Shown here: positions 48,925 through 58,334 of the stretch, piece by piece
Position numbering within the stretch: position 1 is the first letter of the stretch
Layout: the number at the start of each line of letters is the position of its first letter
The notes under the pieces: model-generated
Seen by the model: only the letters and a program-made list of their open reading frames with translations
Database searches by the model: none
What the model was told of the DNA's origin: nothing
Program-made: the position numbers and the translations under genes
From: Bdellovibrionota bacterium
GTDB taxonomy: Bacteria > Bdellovibrionota_C > UBA2361 > OMII01
Direction: 5' to 3'
Length of the DNA: 64,000 nucleotides
Assembly (NCBI GenBank): GCA_044345405.1
Contig: JBIJBE010000010.1
Coordinates: forward strand, 28,363-92,362

Positions 48925-49773
48925 ATGAAGACATGTACCACTATCTCAGAGCTTCGCGCGGAGATTCAGGCTCACAAACGGGCGGGGAAGCGCATCGGTT
49001 TCGTGCCAACGATGGGGGCTCTTCACGAGGGACACCTCTCGCTCGCTCGAACGCTGACGAAGCACAGCGATGTGCGTGTCTGTTCTATCTTCGTGAATCC
49101 CACGCAATTCAATGATCCCAAGGACTACCAGGCGTACGTGATCAATCTTGAGAAAGATAAAGCGCTCCTTGAGCGAGAGGGGGTAGATCTTCTCTTCGCG
49201 CCCACCGTTGAGGAGATCTATCCCTCGGGCTTTCAAACGACAGTCACCGTCAATGAGCTAGCAAAGCCGTGGGAGGGGGCGCTCCGACCCGGGCATTTCG
49301 CCGGGGTCGCGACGGTGGTGACGATCCTCTTCAACGCGGTTTCTCCTGACGTAGCGATATTTGGTGAGAAGGATTTCCAACAGCTTCGTCTCATCGAGCA
49401 GATGGTTCGTGACCTGAAACAGGGGATCGAGATCGTTCGGGGTGAGCTCGTGCGTGACGGTGATGGATTGGCGTTGAGTTCCCGTAATGCGCGGCTTAGT
49501 CCTGAAGGACGTCTGAACGCGCTCTCAATCAGTCGAGGATTATTCGCGGCGCAGCGCGCGAATCGGGATGGTGAGGGGAGATCTCAAGAGCTTGAGGCGA
49601 TCGTCGCCGATTCGGTACGGGCGGCTCGCGGTGCTGAAATAGAGTACATCTCGGTCGTTGACGAGGGGACCTTAGAGCCAGTTTTAGAGGTCGCCGCGGC
49701 ATGTCGAATGCTCGTGGTGGTGCGGATCGATGGGGTGCGTCTCCTCGATAACATCGCCCTCGGCGCCCTGTGA
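48925..49773 (+). CDS. panC: Pantoate-beta-alanine ligase
   Basis: FVPTMGALHEGH, SIFVNPTQF, FGEKDFQQ, GLALSSRN. Confidence 0.98.
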   Translation: MKTCTTISELRAEIQAHKRAGKRIGFVPTMGALHEGHLSLARTLTKHSDVRVCSIFVNPTQFNDPKDYQAYVINLEKDKALLEREGVDLLFAPTVEEIYPSGFQTTVTVNELAKPWEGALRPGHFAGVATVVTILFNAVSPDVAIFGEKDFQQLRLIEQMVRDLKQGIEIVRGELVRDGDGLALSSRNARLSPEGRLNALSISRGLFAAQRANRDGEGRSQELEAIVADSVRAARGAEIEYISVVDEGTLEPVLEVAAACRMLVVVRIDGVRLLDNIALGAL

Positions 49774-50013
49774 ACGGGACCTTTCGCGTGAAAAGGCGAG
49801 AGTGTGTGGGCTCCGCCGTCGTGGAGCGGCTGAAAATAGAGTTTCCGCGTTATCCGCTTTCAGATAGTTAGCCCATAACCAATCCTCTCTAGGGAGCCAC
49901 TCAGGTTATTTCCCCGTTTCGTCTTAAGTATTTTATAGGGAAGGTCGACGATAATCGATATGGGGGGCCGTCGGAGAGGTGTGTAGTCATTTCCCCTAGG
50001 GCCACTCAGTGTA

Positions 50014-52266
50014 ATGGTTTGGCGCTCCTGCCGTTACGTGCGCAGCATGAAGATTCGGATGCTCTGCTCTCAGATGACGATTGTCCTCGCTCTTCTGGCG
50101 AATGCGATAGTCATGTTCGCGGGGTGCCCTATCCGCGACGCGTTCGCGCTGGCGCTCGCGACGCCAATAGCCTCTGATGGTACGAGTGGCACAAACTCCC
50201 CCTCGACCCCGGCAGTTACAGTGACCCCGGCTCCCATGATTCAAGGGCCCGAACAATTTGGTTTGGCGAATGGGTGTCTTAGCGGGCTTAACCTCATATC
50301 GATTGGCGTCGTGTGTTCAGACCCGGTCGCGGTTAGTGAATGTATGTACACACAGTCGACGTGCCAGTTGTCGGGTGGCGCGGCGAGTTGCGTATTCGGA
50401 GACTTTCCGAAAAATGCGGGTGTCATATGCCGTGAGGCGACCGGCGCGTGCCAGCAGCCTAGTAGGTGTGATGGTAACGGCACATGCGTGAATTTCCCAC
50501 CGATAGTGTGTCCAGCGGACACCGAGTGCGTAACGCATACCTGTCCAGCGGCTGGAGGGACGACATGCGTTCAGCAGGTGGTTCCACCGCAGGATTGTCA
50601 GTACACCGAATCTATCTCGCCCAATCCCATTCTGTGCGGGTTACCCTATACCATAACGGTGAACGTCACATCGCCGAAGAGGTGCGGTGGTAATGACTGT
50701 CCTTCGTCGCGTACCTTGATGGCTCCCCCGTGCACGCCGACACCGACGCCAACCATTTCGGTTACTCCGACGTCAACTCGCACCGTGACGCCGTCCATTA
50801 CGCCCTCGCCATCGCCGACCCTCACGCCGACGATCACAGGAAGCGCTACTCCTACGCGAACCCCAACTATCACTGTGACAATGACCCGCACACCTACCGT
50901 TACCCACACCCCTGTGGCAACGAACACCTTCACCCAAACTCCAACGACCTCGCCGACGGTAAGCCCATCGAGCACGGTAACGCAAACTCCAACAACTACG
51001 CCAACGGGGACCGCGACACTAACTCCGACCAGAACTCCAACATTAACTCCAACGCTCACAGCGACCCAGACGGCGACGGCGACAGCGACCCAGACGGCCA
51101 CTCAGACCGCAACCAACACACCGGGTTCTGGTTCGAGATGTGACTGCGGCTATATGGCCACCCCGGGCGATCCGAACGGAACCACGTACTGTGCAAATGT
51201 TTGTAACACCATTCCGGGGGTGACAGCCTCGCGCTACTTTAGTCCTGGATACTGTGTATGTTCCTCTGTCCCTGGGCCGACATGTCCGGGGTCCGCGAAT
51301 GGCGCCGCATGGGTTACGATTGGAACAGCTCCTGGATCCTGTCGGCCCGGAGCGGGTTCAACGCCGACCTTCACTCCAACAGTGACCGTCACAAACACGG
51401 CGACGATCACATCAGCTGCCACTGTGACGAATACTCCAACCGTCACCGTGACGAGGACGGCGACGATTACATCAGCTGCCACGGTGACGAATACTCCGAC
51501 CGTCACTGTGACACACACGGCGACGATAACGGCGGCGGCTACGGTGACGAACACTCCGACGGTGACCGTGACAAACACGGCGACGAGGACCCCAACGAGT
51601 AGTCCTATGGCGACCGCGACGAGCACGTCGACGAGGACCCCGACGCGAACGCCGACGCGAACGCCGACGCGAACGCCGACACTGACGCCGACACTCACGC
51701 CATCTGCGACCCCGACAACTGTTCTGATCATGCCAACGCCTACCTTCACACCTACTCCGGCAGGATTCTGCGGAAACGGAGTGCTCGACCCAGGTGAGGA
51801 ATGCGACGCATCGGCGGGCTTAAACGGCGGATGTCAGGGGGTGGGTTGCGTGAATTGCCAGCTCGATTACACCGCTAATTGCGCGAGTATCTTTAAGTCG
51901 GATTGTACCGGAGATGGAAGTCGACTGACGATAACGTGGGGCCCTCACCTTCGGTACATGGTTGGGGATACCACCTACGAATGTCACTCGGATCCAACGT
52001 GTTGTCCGCCGCAGTCTCCGCCGAACAACTCAAGCTATCTGGCCGGTTCGTGTCCGACGACCAATTCGACATTCAGTAATACCCACAATATTAGTTCCGC
52101 ATGTCTACACAGCGCTACGGCCGAGCCACCTGAGTACACCGTCAGTTGTAGCTGCAGCGTTCAAGGTTCCACATATAAATGTATCTCGGCGCAGGATGGC
52201 GTGAGTGATGTAGGCGTTCCAGTTGGTGGCCCAGAGCTCATCACAGCTATTCCTGAGCCATTCTAA
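50014..52266 (+). CDS. Secreted Cys-rich protein with mucin-like Thr/Pro tracts
   Basis: Hydrophobic N-terminus, alternating Cys-rich modules (including [13 protein letters not shown]) and TP tracts; 60-bp internal repeats at about 51373-51590. Confidence 0.85.
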   Translation: MVWRSCRYVRSMKIRMLCSQMTIVLALLANAIVMFAGCPIRDAFALALATPIASDGTSGTNSPSTPAVTVTPAPMIQGPEQFGLANGCLSGLNLISIGVVCSDPVAVSECMYTQSTCQLSGGAASCVFGDFPKNAGVICREATGACQQPSRCDGNGTCVNFPPIVCPADTECVTHTCPAAGGTTCVQQVVPPQDCQYTESISPNPILCGLPYTITVNVTSPKRCGGNDCPSSRTLMAPPCTPTPTPTISVTPTSTRTVTPSITPSPSPTLTPTITGSATPTRTPTITVTMTRTPTVTHTPVATNTFTQTPTTSPTVSPSSTVTQTPTTTPTGTATLTPTRTPTLTPTLTATQTATATATQTATQTATNTPGSGSRCDCGYMATPGDPNGTTYCANVCNTIPGVTASRYFSPGYCVCSSVPGPTCPGSANGAAWVTIGTAPGSCRPGAGSTPTFTPTVTVTNTATITSAATVTNTPTVTVTRTATITSAATVTNTPTVTVTHTATITAAATVTNTPTVTVTNTATRTPTSSPMATATSTSTRTPTRTPTRTPTRTPTLTPTLTPSATPTTVLIMPTPTFTPTPAGFCGNGVLDPGEECDASAGLNGGCQGVGCVNCQLDYTANCASIFKSDCTGDGSRLTITWGPHLRYMVGDTTYECHSDPTCCPPQSPPNNSSYLAGSCPTTNSTFSNTHNISSACLHSATAEPPEYTVSCSCSVQGSTYKCISAQDGVSDVGVPVGGPELITAIPEPF

Positions 52267-52331
52267 GATGCACTATTCCTCAATGTGGTGAAGCGGACCC
52301 CATCTTCGCGGGTTGGGATGATATAATTATT

Positions 52332-53624
52332 TCACCACCACGACTCTTTGAGAATGAGTAGCTGCGTCTGGGCCTTAGATACCGGAGCGCCGACATAGAG
52401 CGGAAGGTAGGCGATCATGCATCCAAGCATTACGGCGACCACGATACCGCAAGCGGTTTTTCCTGCACGGCCCTGGCGGTAAAGCGTCGCGCAGCATATT
52501 CCCAGCCCTAAGCAGGCGAACGCTAGACTGGGAAAGAAGTAGTAGAGAAATCCCTTTCGAGAGCTGAGGATAATCCACGGTAGCCAGCACGCGAGATATC
52601 CCACAACCGGCACAAGTGGCGCGAGCACAAGGCACCGCTGGGAGGCGTTCCTTACACCCACTACCACAAGCCAGAGCATGGAGAGGCCGGTTACGAGAAA
52701 TACGGCTGGATTGCCGAGGCAGATCGTCCCTCGAACGGCCTGAGTGCCATCCTCAGCGAGGTACGGGAGCTTGGTATACCCAAACCAGATCGGTCGAGCG
52801 AGCACCGGCCACCCCCACGCCGAGGACGCGTACCGATGTGGTTGAACAAAGTTCACGTGTGCTTGCATCATTTCGAGCGTTTGATTGAGGAGCTCGTGTG
52901 GCGAAATAGTGCGGAGAGCGCATGTCGTGCCGATGTAGACCGCGAGCGCGATACTAGGAGCGATCGCAATGCGTGAGAGCTGTCGCGCGATGGAAGAGGT
53001 TTGTTCACTCAGAAGGTAGATCAGCGTGAGAGGTGCTATAAAAAAAACGCCACTCCATTTGCACGCTATCGAGAGTCCTATCAGGACTCCACTGATGATG
53101 AGAGCGACACGCGGGAGAGTGTTACCGCTCTGACGTTCTCCCCACAGCGCGATAAGGAGGGCGTACATTCCGAAGCAAACGTACGGAGTTTCCAGCAACG
53201 CGGCGCGGCTCAGAGTTATGAAGAGCCCATCAGAGAGTAGCGCACCCGCTCCAATCGTCGAGCCAACCAGCGAGCCCGTTAGAAGAAGTCCGATCAGAAA
53301 TAGAGCGGGAAGGATGAGAGCTCCACACAGCCGCGCGGGGAAGCGCCACCCAGTCGGATTGTCCCCGAAGACGGCCTCGGAGAGGCTCATGAGGTACGGC
53401 ACAAGGGGAGGATGGTCTTTGGTAACACTTTCAGGTGCCGTGGTGATGGCCCGAGACGATGGTACGCTGGCGACCTCGTCGTAGTATGGAAATGGGGGAA
53501 ACTCCTCGAAAAGCGCGTACTGCAGGAGGAGGCTTGCCGCGACGAGAGCGAGGGAGATGAGGGTAGGGGGAAGCCAGGCGCGGGGTGTTGCCATACGGGG
53601 AGATAGTAGGGGTTTTAGGTCCAC
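52332..53624 (-). CDS. PMT-family (GT39-like) polyprenol-phosphate-mannose protein mannosyltransferase
   Basis: YYDE, DHPPL, GWRF, CKWSG, HRYASSAWGWPVLARPIW, LGNP. Confidence 0.85.
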   Translation of the reverse strand: MDLKPLLSPRMATPRAWLPPTLISLALVAASLLLQYALFEEFPPFPYYDEVASVPSSRAITTAPESVTKDHPPLVPYLMSLSEAVFGDNPTGWRFPARLCGALILPALFLIGLLLTGSLVGSTIGAGALLSDGLFITLSRAALLETPYVCFGMYALLIALWGERQSGNTLPRVALIISGVLIGLSIACKWSGVFFIAPLTLIYLLSEQTSSIARQLSRIAIAPSIALAVYIGTTCALRTISPHELLNQTLEMMQAHVNFVQPHRYASSAWGWPVLARPIWFGYTKLPYLAEDGTQAVRGTICLGNPAVFLVTGLSMLWLVVVGVRNASQRCLVLAPLVPVVGYLACWLPWIILSSRKGFLYYFFPSLAFACLGLGICCATLYRQGRAGKTACGIVVAVMLGCMIAYLPLYVGAPVSKAQTQLLILKESWW

Positions 53625-53848
53625 TCGGGTATCGGGAAAGTGAGGGGGCGTGCCATCGATGGAGAGGTGTTCTTTTCTCCCCCTTTTCTTTCTCCTACTC
53701 TCAATCTTGCACCTACACCTACCTCTTTTTCCTACTCCGTCGCAGAAAGCTTAGGGTATGGGAACGTGCAGCGGTAAGATAAAGATTAGGATTGGGATCA
53801 AGAGAAAGCTGATGAGTTGCATGACGACGAGAACCGAATCTAGCCCAT

Positions 53849-53886
53849 AAAAAAATCGGACCCCATGGATACACCATGAGGTCCGA
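53849..53886 (-). terminator. Intrinsic terminator
   Basis: TCGGACC-CATGG/CCATG-GGTCCGA stem followed by U7 on the minus strand. Confidence 0.8.
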
Positions 53887-53914
53887 CCGTTTCACTGGGG
53901 CATCGTCTACTCAG

Positions 53915-54382
53915 CTACGCGAGGTCGCGTGGCGAGTTATCCATACGATTCCTTCTGCTCTCTCTCGCCTTGGCGAGGTCGATCAGGGTCGGAATTCGCA
54001 CTGGTTTCTTGAATTGATTCGATCGGTCGCTCTTGCTTTTTCCACCTGAGAGAACCGCGAGCTTCGGACCTGTTTCCGGTGTCGCCGCTTTCTCCGCTGG
54101 CTCGTGCTTGAGCGCTTCCATAACTCCCTCGAAGAGAGAATCCTCGAACTCCTTCATCTCTCTGTCCTTGTCGGACATGAGACGCTTGTCGCTCTTCGTA
54201 ATCTCTTGAATCGTTCGAGTGAGACGAGGAATGACAACCGAACGCTCCGCTTCGCTCAATTGAGCGAGGCCATCTAAGAGCCCGGCAGTTTCTTCTCCCC
54301 CCACGCCCTCAAGTAAGGTCTGCAATTGCATCTGCAAACTAAGAAGGCTCTTTGTAAAATCTCCGCCGTTGGACCAGTTCAT
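53915..54382 (-). CDS. Hypothetical protein
   Basis: GAGGAG RBS before MNWSNGG; has its own terminator. Confidence 0.8.
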   Translation of the reverse strand: MNWSNGGDFTKSLLSLQMQLQTLLEGVGGEETAGLLDGLAQLSEAERSVVIPRLTRTIQEITKSDKRLMSDKDREMKEFEDSLFEGVMEALKHEPAEKAATPETGPKLAVLSGGKSKSDRSNQFKKPVRIPTLIDLAKARESRRNRMDNSPRDLA

Positions 54383-54625
54383 GTTAGTACTCCTCAAAGT
54401 GTGTTCGTTACTACCTAAACATCACTTAAGACCGACATGGTCTTCAGCCTCCTATCCGTGGAATCGGGGGATGTGCTTCAGGTTACCTGAACAATGGCAC
54501 GAAGCGTGCCTGTCTAAGTCCCTGAAAAGGACCCTAAAGGGCCGTTTTGCCTGTCGTTTTTTTATACAGGTGTAGTGTCACGAATGGGATGCGGAAGCGC
54601 GATTCGTGCGAGAATTTCGTAGTCG

Positions 54626-56548
54626 CTACGCCACAAGTTGGCGCGCGCCACGTCGTTCAAGGATGTAGGTAACGATGCTTTCAGCGTCGAAGCCGTTGAG
54701 GATGTGTTGCTCTGTCTGTGAGGCGTGCGGCACGAAGGTATCCTGAACGCCGAAACGCTTGACCGGGCTCTGTAATGAGAGCCCTTCATCGTTCGCGAAC
54801 TCCACAACCGCCGATCCGAATCCTCCGGCGATGGCGTGATCCTCAAGCGTACACACGATCGGATATTTTGGAAGCTCGGCCGCGAGAAGCTCCTTATCGA
54901 GAGGCTTTGCGTACCGCGCGTTAATGACTGTGCAGGAAACCCCGTGGCTGCCGCTCAACATGTCCGCCGCCTTGAGGGCGTTCGAGATGATCGGACCGAA
55001 GGCCACGATCAGCGCGTTGGATCCTTGGCGAACTATCTCTCCCTTGCCGATAGGAAGGGTAGTGAGGTTGGCGTCGAATGAGACGCCAACGCCGTTGCCA
55101 CGCGGATATCGGAGCGCTGTTGGGCCGTTGCGTTTAACGCTCGTTAACAGCATGTGCCGCAGCTCGTTCTCGTCTTTCGGCGACATAATGACGATATTCG
55201 GGATCGTTCGAAGATACGCGATATCAAACACCCCTTGATGAGTCTCTCCATCGTTTCCGACAACCCCACCACGATCGATAGCGAAGGTAACGGGGAGATT
55301 TTGGATGCACACATCGTGGACAACTTGGTCGTAGCCCCGTTGTAAGAAGGTCGAATAGATCGCGGTCACGGGGCGAAGCCCCTCACACGCGAGCCCCGCG
55401 GCGTAGGTCACGGCATGCTGTTCGCAGATACCTACATCGAAAAACTGCTCAGGGAGCTCCTTTTGAAGTTTGTCGAGTCCCGTTCCGCTCGGCATTGCGG
55501 CGGTGATTCCAACCACTCGCTTGTCGCTCTTGGCGATATCGATGAGGGTGTCGGCGAATACCCCGGTGTAGCTCGGAAGCTTCTTGGGAGATGGGGATGA
55601 GTTCGCGGCCTTGAACTCTCCCTTTGAGCGATCAAACGGCACGACCCCGTGCCACATGATCGGATCCTCTTCCGCGGGCTCGTATCCCTTACCCTTAACG
55701 GTGCGGCAGTGGACGATAACGGGGATGTCCTGGCGTTTCGCGTTCTCGAGCGCGTGGATTACCTCTCCGAGATTATTTCCATCGACCGGCCCGATATAAC
55801 GGAACCCGAACGCTTCAAAGAGCATCGCGGGGGAGGAGAAGAATCCTTGGGTCGCCTCTTCAGCGCGATCGATAGCTTTGTACAAGAATTCTGGAACGTA
55901 TCCCTTTCGATAGAGGTCTTTGAAGGTCTTGCGCGCCTTTGATCCGGTCTCGCCCGTGACCGTTCGAGAGAAGAGCCAGCTTAACGCTCCAACGTTCTGC
56001 GAGATCGACATCTCATTATCGTTAAGCACGACGACGAACTTTTTAAGACCGAGATCCCCAGCGTGATTAAGGGCCTCAAAAGCCATGCCCGAGGTCAGGG
56101 AACCATCGCCGATGATAGCGCAGACGTAGCGCGAGGGATCCATGGTATCGAGTGCCACGCGCATCCCAACCGCGGCGGACACTGAGGTGCCGGCGTGCCC
56201 AGCTCCGAAGGCGTCGAATGGACTCTCGCTTCGCTTTAAGAAACCGGAGATTCCCTCCTTCGTGCGAATCGCGCCCATCTTGGAGCGTCGGCCTGTGAGC
56301 ATCTTATGAACGTAGGCTTGATGTCCCACGTCCCAAATCAATCGGTCGTGCGGGGTATCGAATACGCGGTGGAGAGCGACGCTCAGTTCGGTGGCGCCGA
56401 GGCTCGAGGCGAAGTGCCCTCCGGACGCGCTTACGGTATCGATCAACTCATCTCGAAGTTCCGACGCTACCTGTTCCAGCTCTGTAACCGAGAGGGTTCT
56501 GAGATCTTCAGGCAATTTTAAGGTGTCGATGAGCTTTTCGTCTTGCAT
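54626..56548 (-). CDS. dxs: 1-deoxy-D-xylulose-5-phosphate synthase
   Basis: WDVGHQAY, GHAGTS, GDGSLTSGMAFEALN, DVGICEQHAV, DGETHQG. Confidence 0.98.
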   Translation of the reverse strand: MQDEKLIDTLKLPEDLRTLSVTELEQVASELRDELIDTVSASGGHFASSLGATELSVALHRVFDTPHDRLIWDVGHQAYVHKMLTGRRSKMGAIRTKEGISGFLKRSESPFDAFGAGHAGTSVSAAVGMRVALDTMDPSRYVCAIIGDGSLTSGMAFEALNHAGDLGLKKFVVVLNDNEMSISQNVGALSWLFSRTVTGETGSKARKTFKDLYRKGYVPEFLYKAIDRAEEATQGFFSSPAMLFEAFGFRYIGPVDGNNLGEVIHALENAKRQDIPVIVHCRTVKGKGYEPAEEDPIMWHGVVPFDRSKGEFKAANSSPSPKKLPSYTGVFADTLIDIAKSDKRVVGITAAMPSGTGLDKLQKELPEQFFDVGICEQHAVTYAAGLACEGLRPVTAIYSTFLQRGYDQVVHDVCIQNLPVTFAIDRGGVVGNDGETHQGVFDIAYLRTIPNIVIMSPKDENELRHMLLTSVKRNGPTALRYPRGNGVGVSFDANLTTLPIGKGEIVRQGSNALIVAFGPIISNALKAADMLSGSHGVSCTVINARYAKPLDKELLAAELPKYPIVCTLEDHAIAGGFGSAVVEFANDEGLSLQSPVKRFGVQDTFVPHASQTEQHILNGFDAESIVTYILERRGARQLVA

Positions 56549-56859
56549 AGCGAACAGATTGATCTCACTAGTCAGGCTCGGTGCCTGTGCCGTTCTTTGC
56601 GTGTCAAAGGGGAGCGCCAGTACCGTGCCCGGTGCCCCCATAGTAGCCGCATTTCACAACATACATGTAACATTACTCCCCAATCAAATGGGAGAGTTGC
56701 ATTTGGAGAAGAACGTTCAGCGGTCCGGGTAAGTTGTTGGATTTATGTGTTTTGTAGGGCCTGTTTTTGGGGCTGGTGATGCTGGATCGGTGTGCGATGA
56801 GCAGGAGAGGGCGCGGGAGCTAAAAAAAAGCGCTCGTTAGTATAGTGTAGTCGCAGGAG

Positions 56860-56989
56860 ATTCTCCCTCTCTGAATTGAAAACGGATTCCGTTGAGCGTC
56901 GATCGAAGGCGTGCGGAATCTCAACTAGTGTACGCTTTACGTCCGTAAGGCGTGCAAGTGTCGGGGGCCCCCGTCAGTGAGAGGGGGAT
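56860..56989 (+). ncRNA. Candidate structured RNA/leader
   Basis: TATAGT -10 at 56841; closing helix TCCCTCTC/GAGAGGGG plus two internal hairpins. Confidence 0.5.
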
Positions 56990-57021
56990 GCCACAGTTTA
57001 GTGGGTTAAGGGGCCTTGCAT

Positions 57022-57156
57022 ATGAAGCTGATGCGTTTCGCGATCTTCTTCGCTGCTGGAATCTATCTCGGTTTTAACGCGGATAGCATGGGTGATTTAG
57101 AAACAATCACACAGGCGATTCGAGATCTCCTCGAACGAGCTCGAGATCTTCGATAG
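57022..57156 (+). CDS. 44-aa small membrane protein (below the ORF-track cutoff)
   Basis: MKLMRFAIFFAAGIYLGFNADSMGDLETITQAIRDLLERARDLR; AAGGGG RBS. Confidence 0.6.
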   Translation: MKLMRFAIFFAAGIYLGFNADSMGDLETITQAIRDLLERARDLR

Positions 57157-57266
57157 CGCGTCTCGGTTTGATGGCAGGCGCCTCGTTGCGAGGCGGTGGG
57201 CCTATCCGACCTTCTTATATCGTGCCTTTGCGTGGTCAATGGATGGCGTGTGCCAGGAGTGTCTCG

Positions 57267-57448
57267 ACGTGAACGTGCTCGTGCACGTAAACGTAAACGT
57301 ACCCGCACTCCATCATTGGCACGTAGCCTAAAACGCATGTCGTCGACCTGCTTTTCAGGCGCTTCGCGCGTCGTTGATCTGCTATCAATCCAGGGCGAAA
57401 AATCTTTTCGGGTACGTTCACGTTCACGTTTACGAGCACGTTCACGTG
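57267..57448. repeat. Foldback element with ACG-hexamer inverted arms
   Basis: 57267-57304 is a near-perfect reverse complement of 57410-57447. Confidence 0.9.
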
Positions 57449-57513
57449 GCAAATTGGGGGCTGCGATTCGAGCAGGGGCTCGGTATTCGGACGTGATCCT
57501 ACGACCACATAAC

Positions 57514-57548
57514 AAAAAACCCGGCTCCAGGTATCCTGGAAGCCGGGG
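57514..57548 (-). terminator. Intrinsic terminator after the second pal
   Basis: CCCGGCT-TCCAGG/CCTGGA-GCCGGG stem followed by U6 on the minus strand. Confidence 0.8.
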
Positions 57549-57574
57549 CTTTGTTTGGACAAAGTGGAAAGGGG

Positions 57575-58126
57575 TTAATACTTTGTGTTTCCGCCAGCGT
57601 TTTGATTGTCGTGTCCAACAGCGAAATGCACGCGACGGTTCTTCGCCCATGCCATCTCGTCATGTCCTGGATCAAGAGGGATCTCCTCGCCGTAGCTGAT
57701 CGTATCAAATCGGCTTCCTGAGACTCCGGCCGCTACAAGAGCGCTTTTCACCGCGCGAGCACGCTCGGCGCCAAGAGCCATGTTGTATTCAACCGTGCCT
57801 CGCTCATCGGTGTGACCCTCAAGGGTGATGTGAAGACCGGATTGCTCCTTGAGTGTTCGAACATTCGCCTCGAGATCGGCGCGGGCTTGGTCATCAAGGG
57901 AGTAAGAGTCGAATCCGAAGTGAATATCATGGAACATCCCTTCGCCCTCGGCTGATGGGATGGACCCACTTCCGAACCGACCCTCACGTTGAGCCTCTAG
58001 TTCGGACTCCGAGAGCTCCCCTTCGCCGCTTCCCGAGCTAAACCACGAGCACCCCGAAAGGGTGACAACGGAGGTGAGGGCGAGGGCCATAAAAGAATGG
58101 GATAGGAAGCTCGTAACTGATTTCAT
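57575..58126 (-). CDS. Second Pal/OmpA-family lipoprotein
   Basis: Lipobox LSGC; IHFGFDS, LEGHTDERGT, SYGEE, NRRV. Confidence 0.93.
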   Translation of the reverse strand: MKSVTSFLSHSFMALALTSVVTLSGCSWFSSGSGEGELSESELEAQREGRFGSGSIPSAEGEGMFHDIHFGFDSYSLDDQARADLEANVRTLKEQSGLHITLEGHTDERGTVEYNMALGAERARAVKSALVAAGVSGSRFDTISYGEEIPLDPGHDEMAWAKNRRVHFAVGHDNQNAGGNTKY

Positions 58127-58334
58127 GATCGTCTCAACAGTATAAACACGATGTATTGGGAAATAATTACATCCGATGGTGCGGAGCGCAACGGTAGGAA
58201 TGCGTGGGGAACTCGATTTTTGAGGGTTTTACGCTCCCCCGAAAAAGCCCCCGAGCGCCCTGTTTTTTCATTTCGTGCCCAGCTCAAGTGTTGCAGAATA
58301 GCTCCGAAGTAAGACGTTGTTAAAAATAACCGTT

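Noticed and set aside
50646-51749. Val/Gly-rich minus-strand ORFs
   Set aside because: Antisense reading of the Thr/Pro tracts of the mucin-like gene.
56769-56990. tmRNA, 6S RNA, or a c-di-AMP/glycine riboswitch
   Set aside because: No tRNA-like ends or tag ORF, not a long rod, and only partial riboswitch words (CTGAA..ACGG/CCGTCAG; GGAGA..CGAAGG) without the remaining consensus. Kept as an unassigned candidate.
57063-57699. Several overlapping ORFs (RARKRERER, VNVNV, YVYVH)
   Set aside because: These are translations of the hexamer foldback repeat, not genes.
57575-58126. Second pal as a novel system
   Set aside because: OmpA/Pal paralogs are common; nothing beyond duplication is evident.
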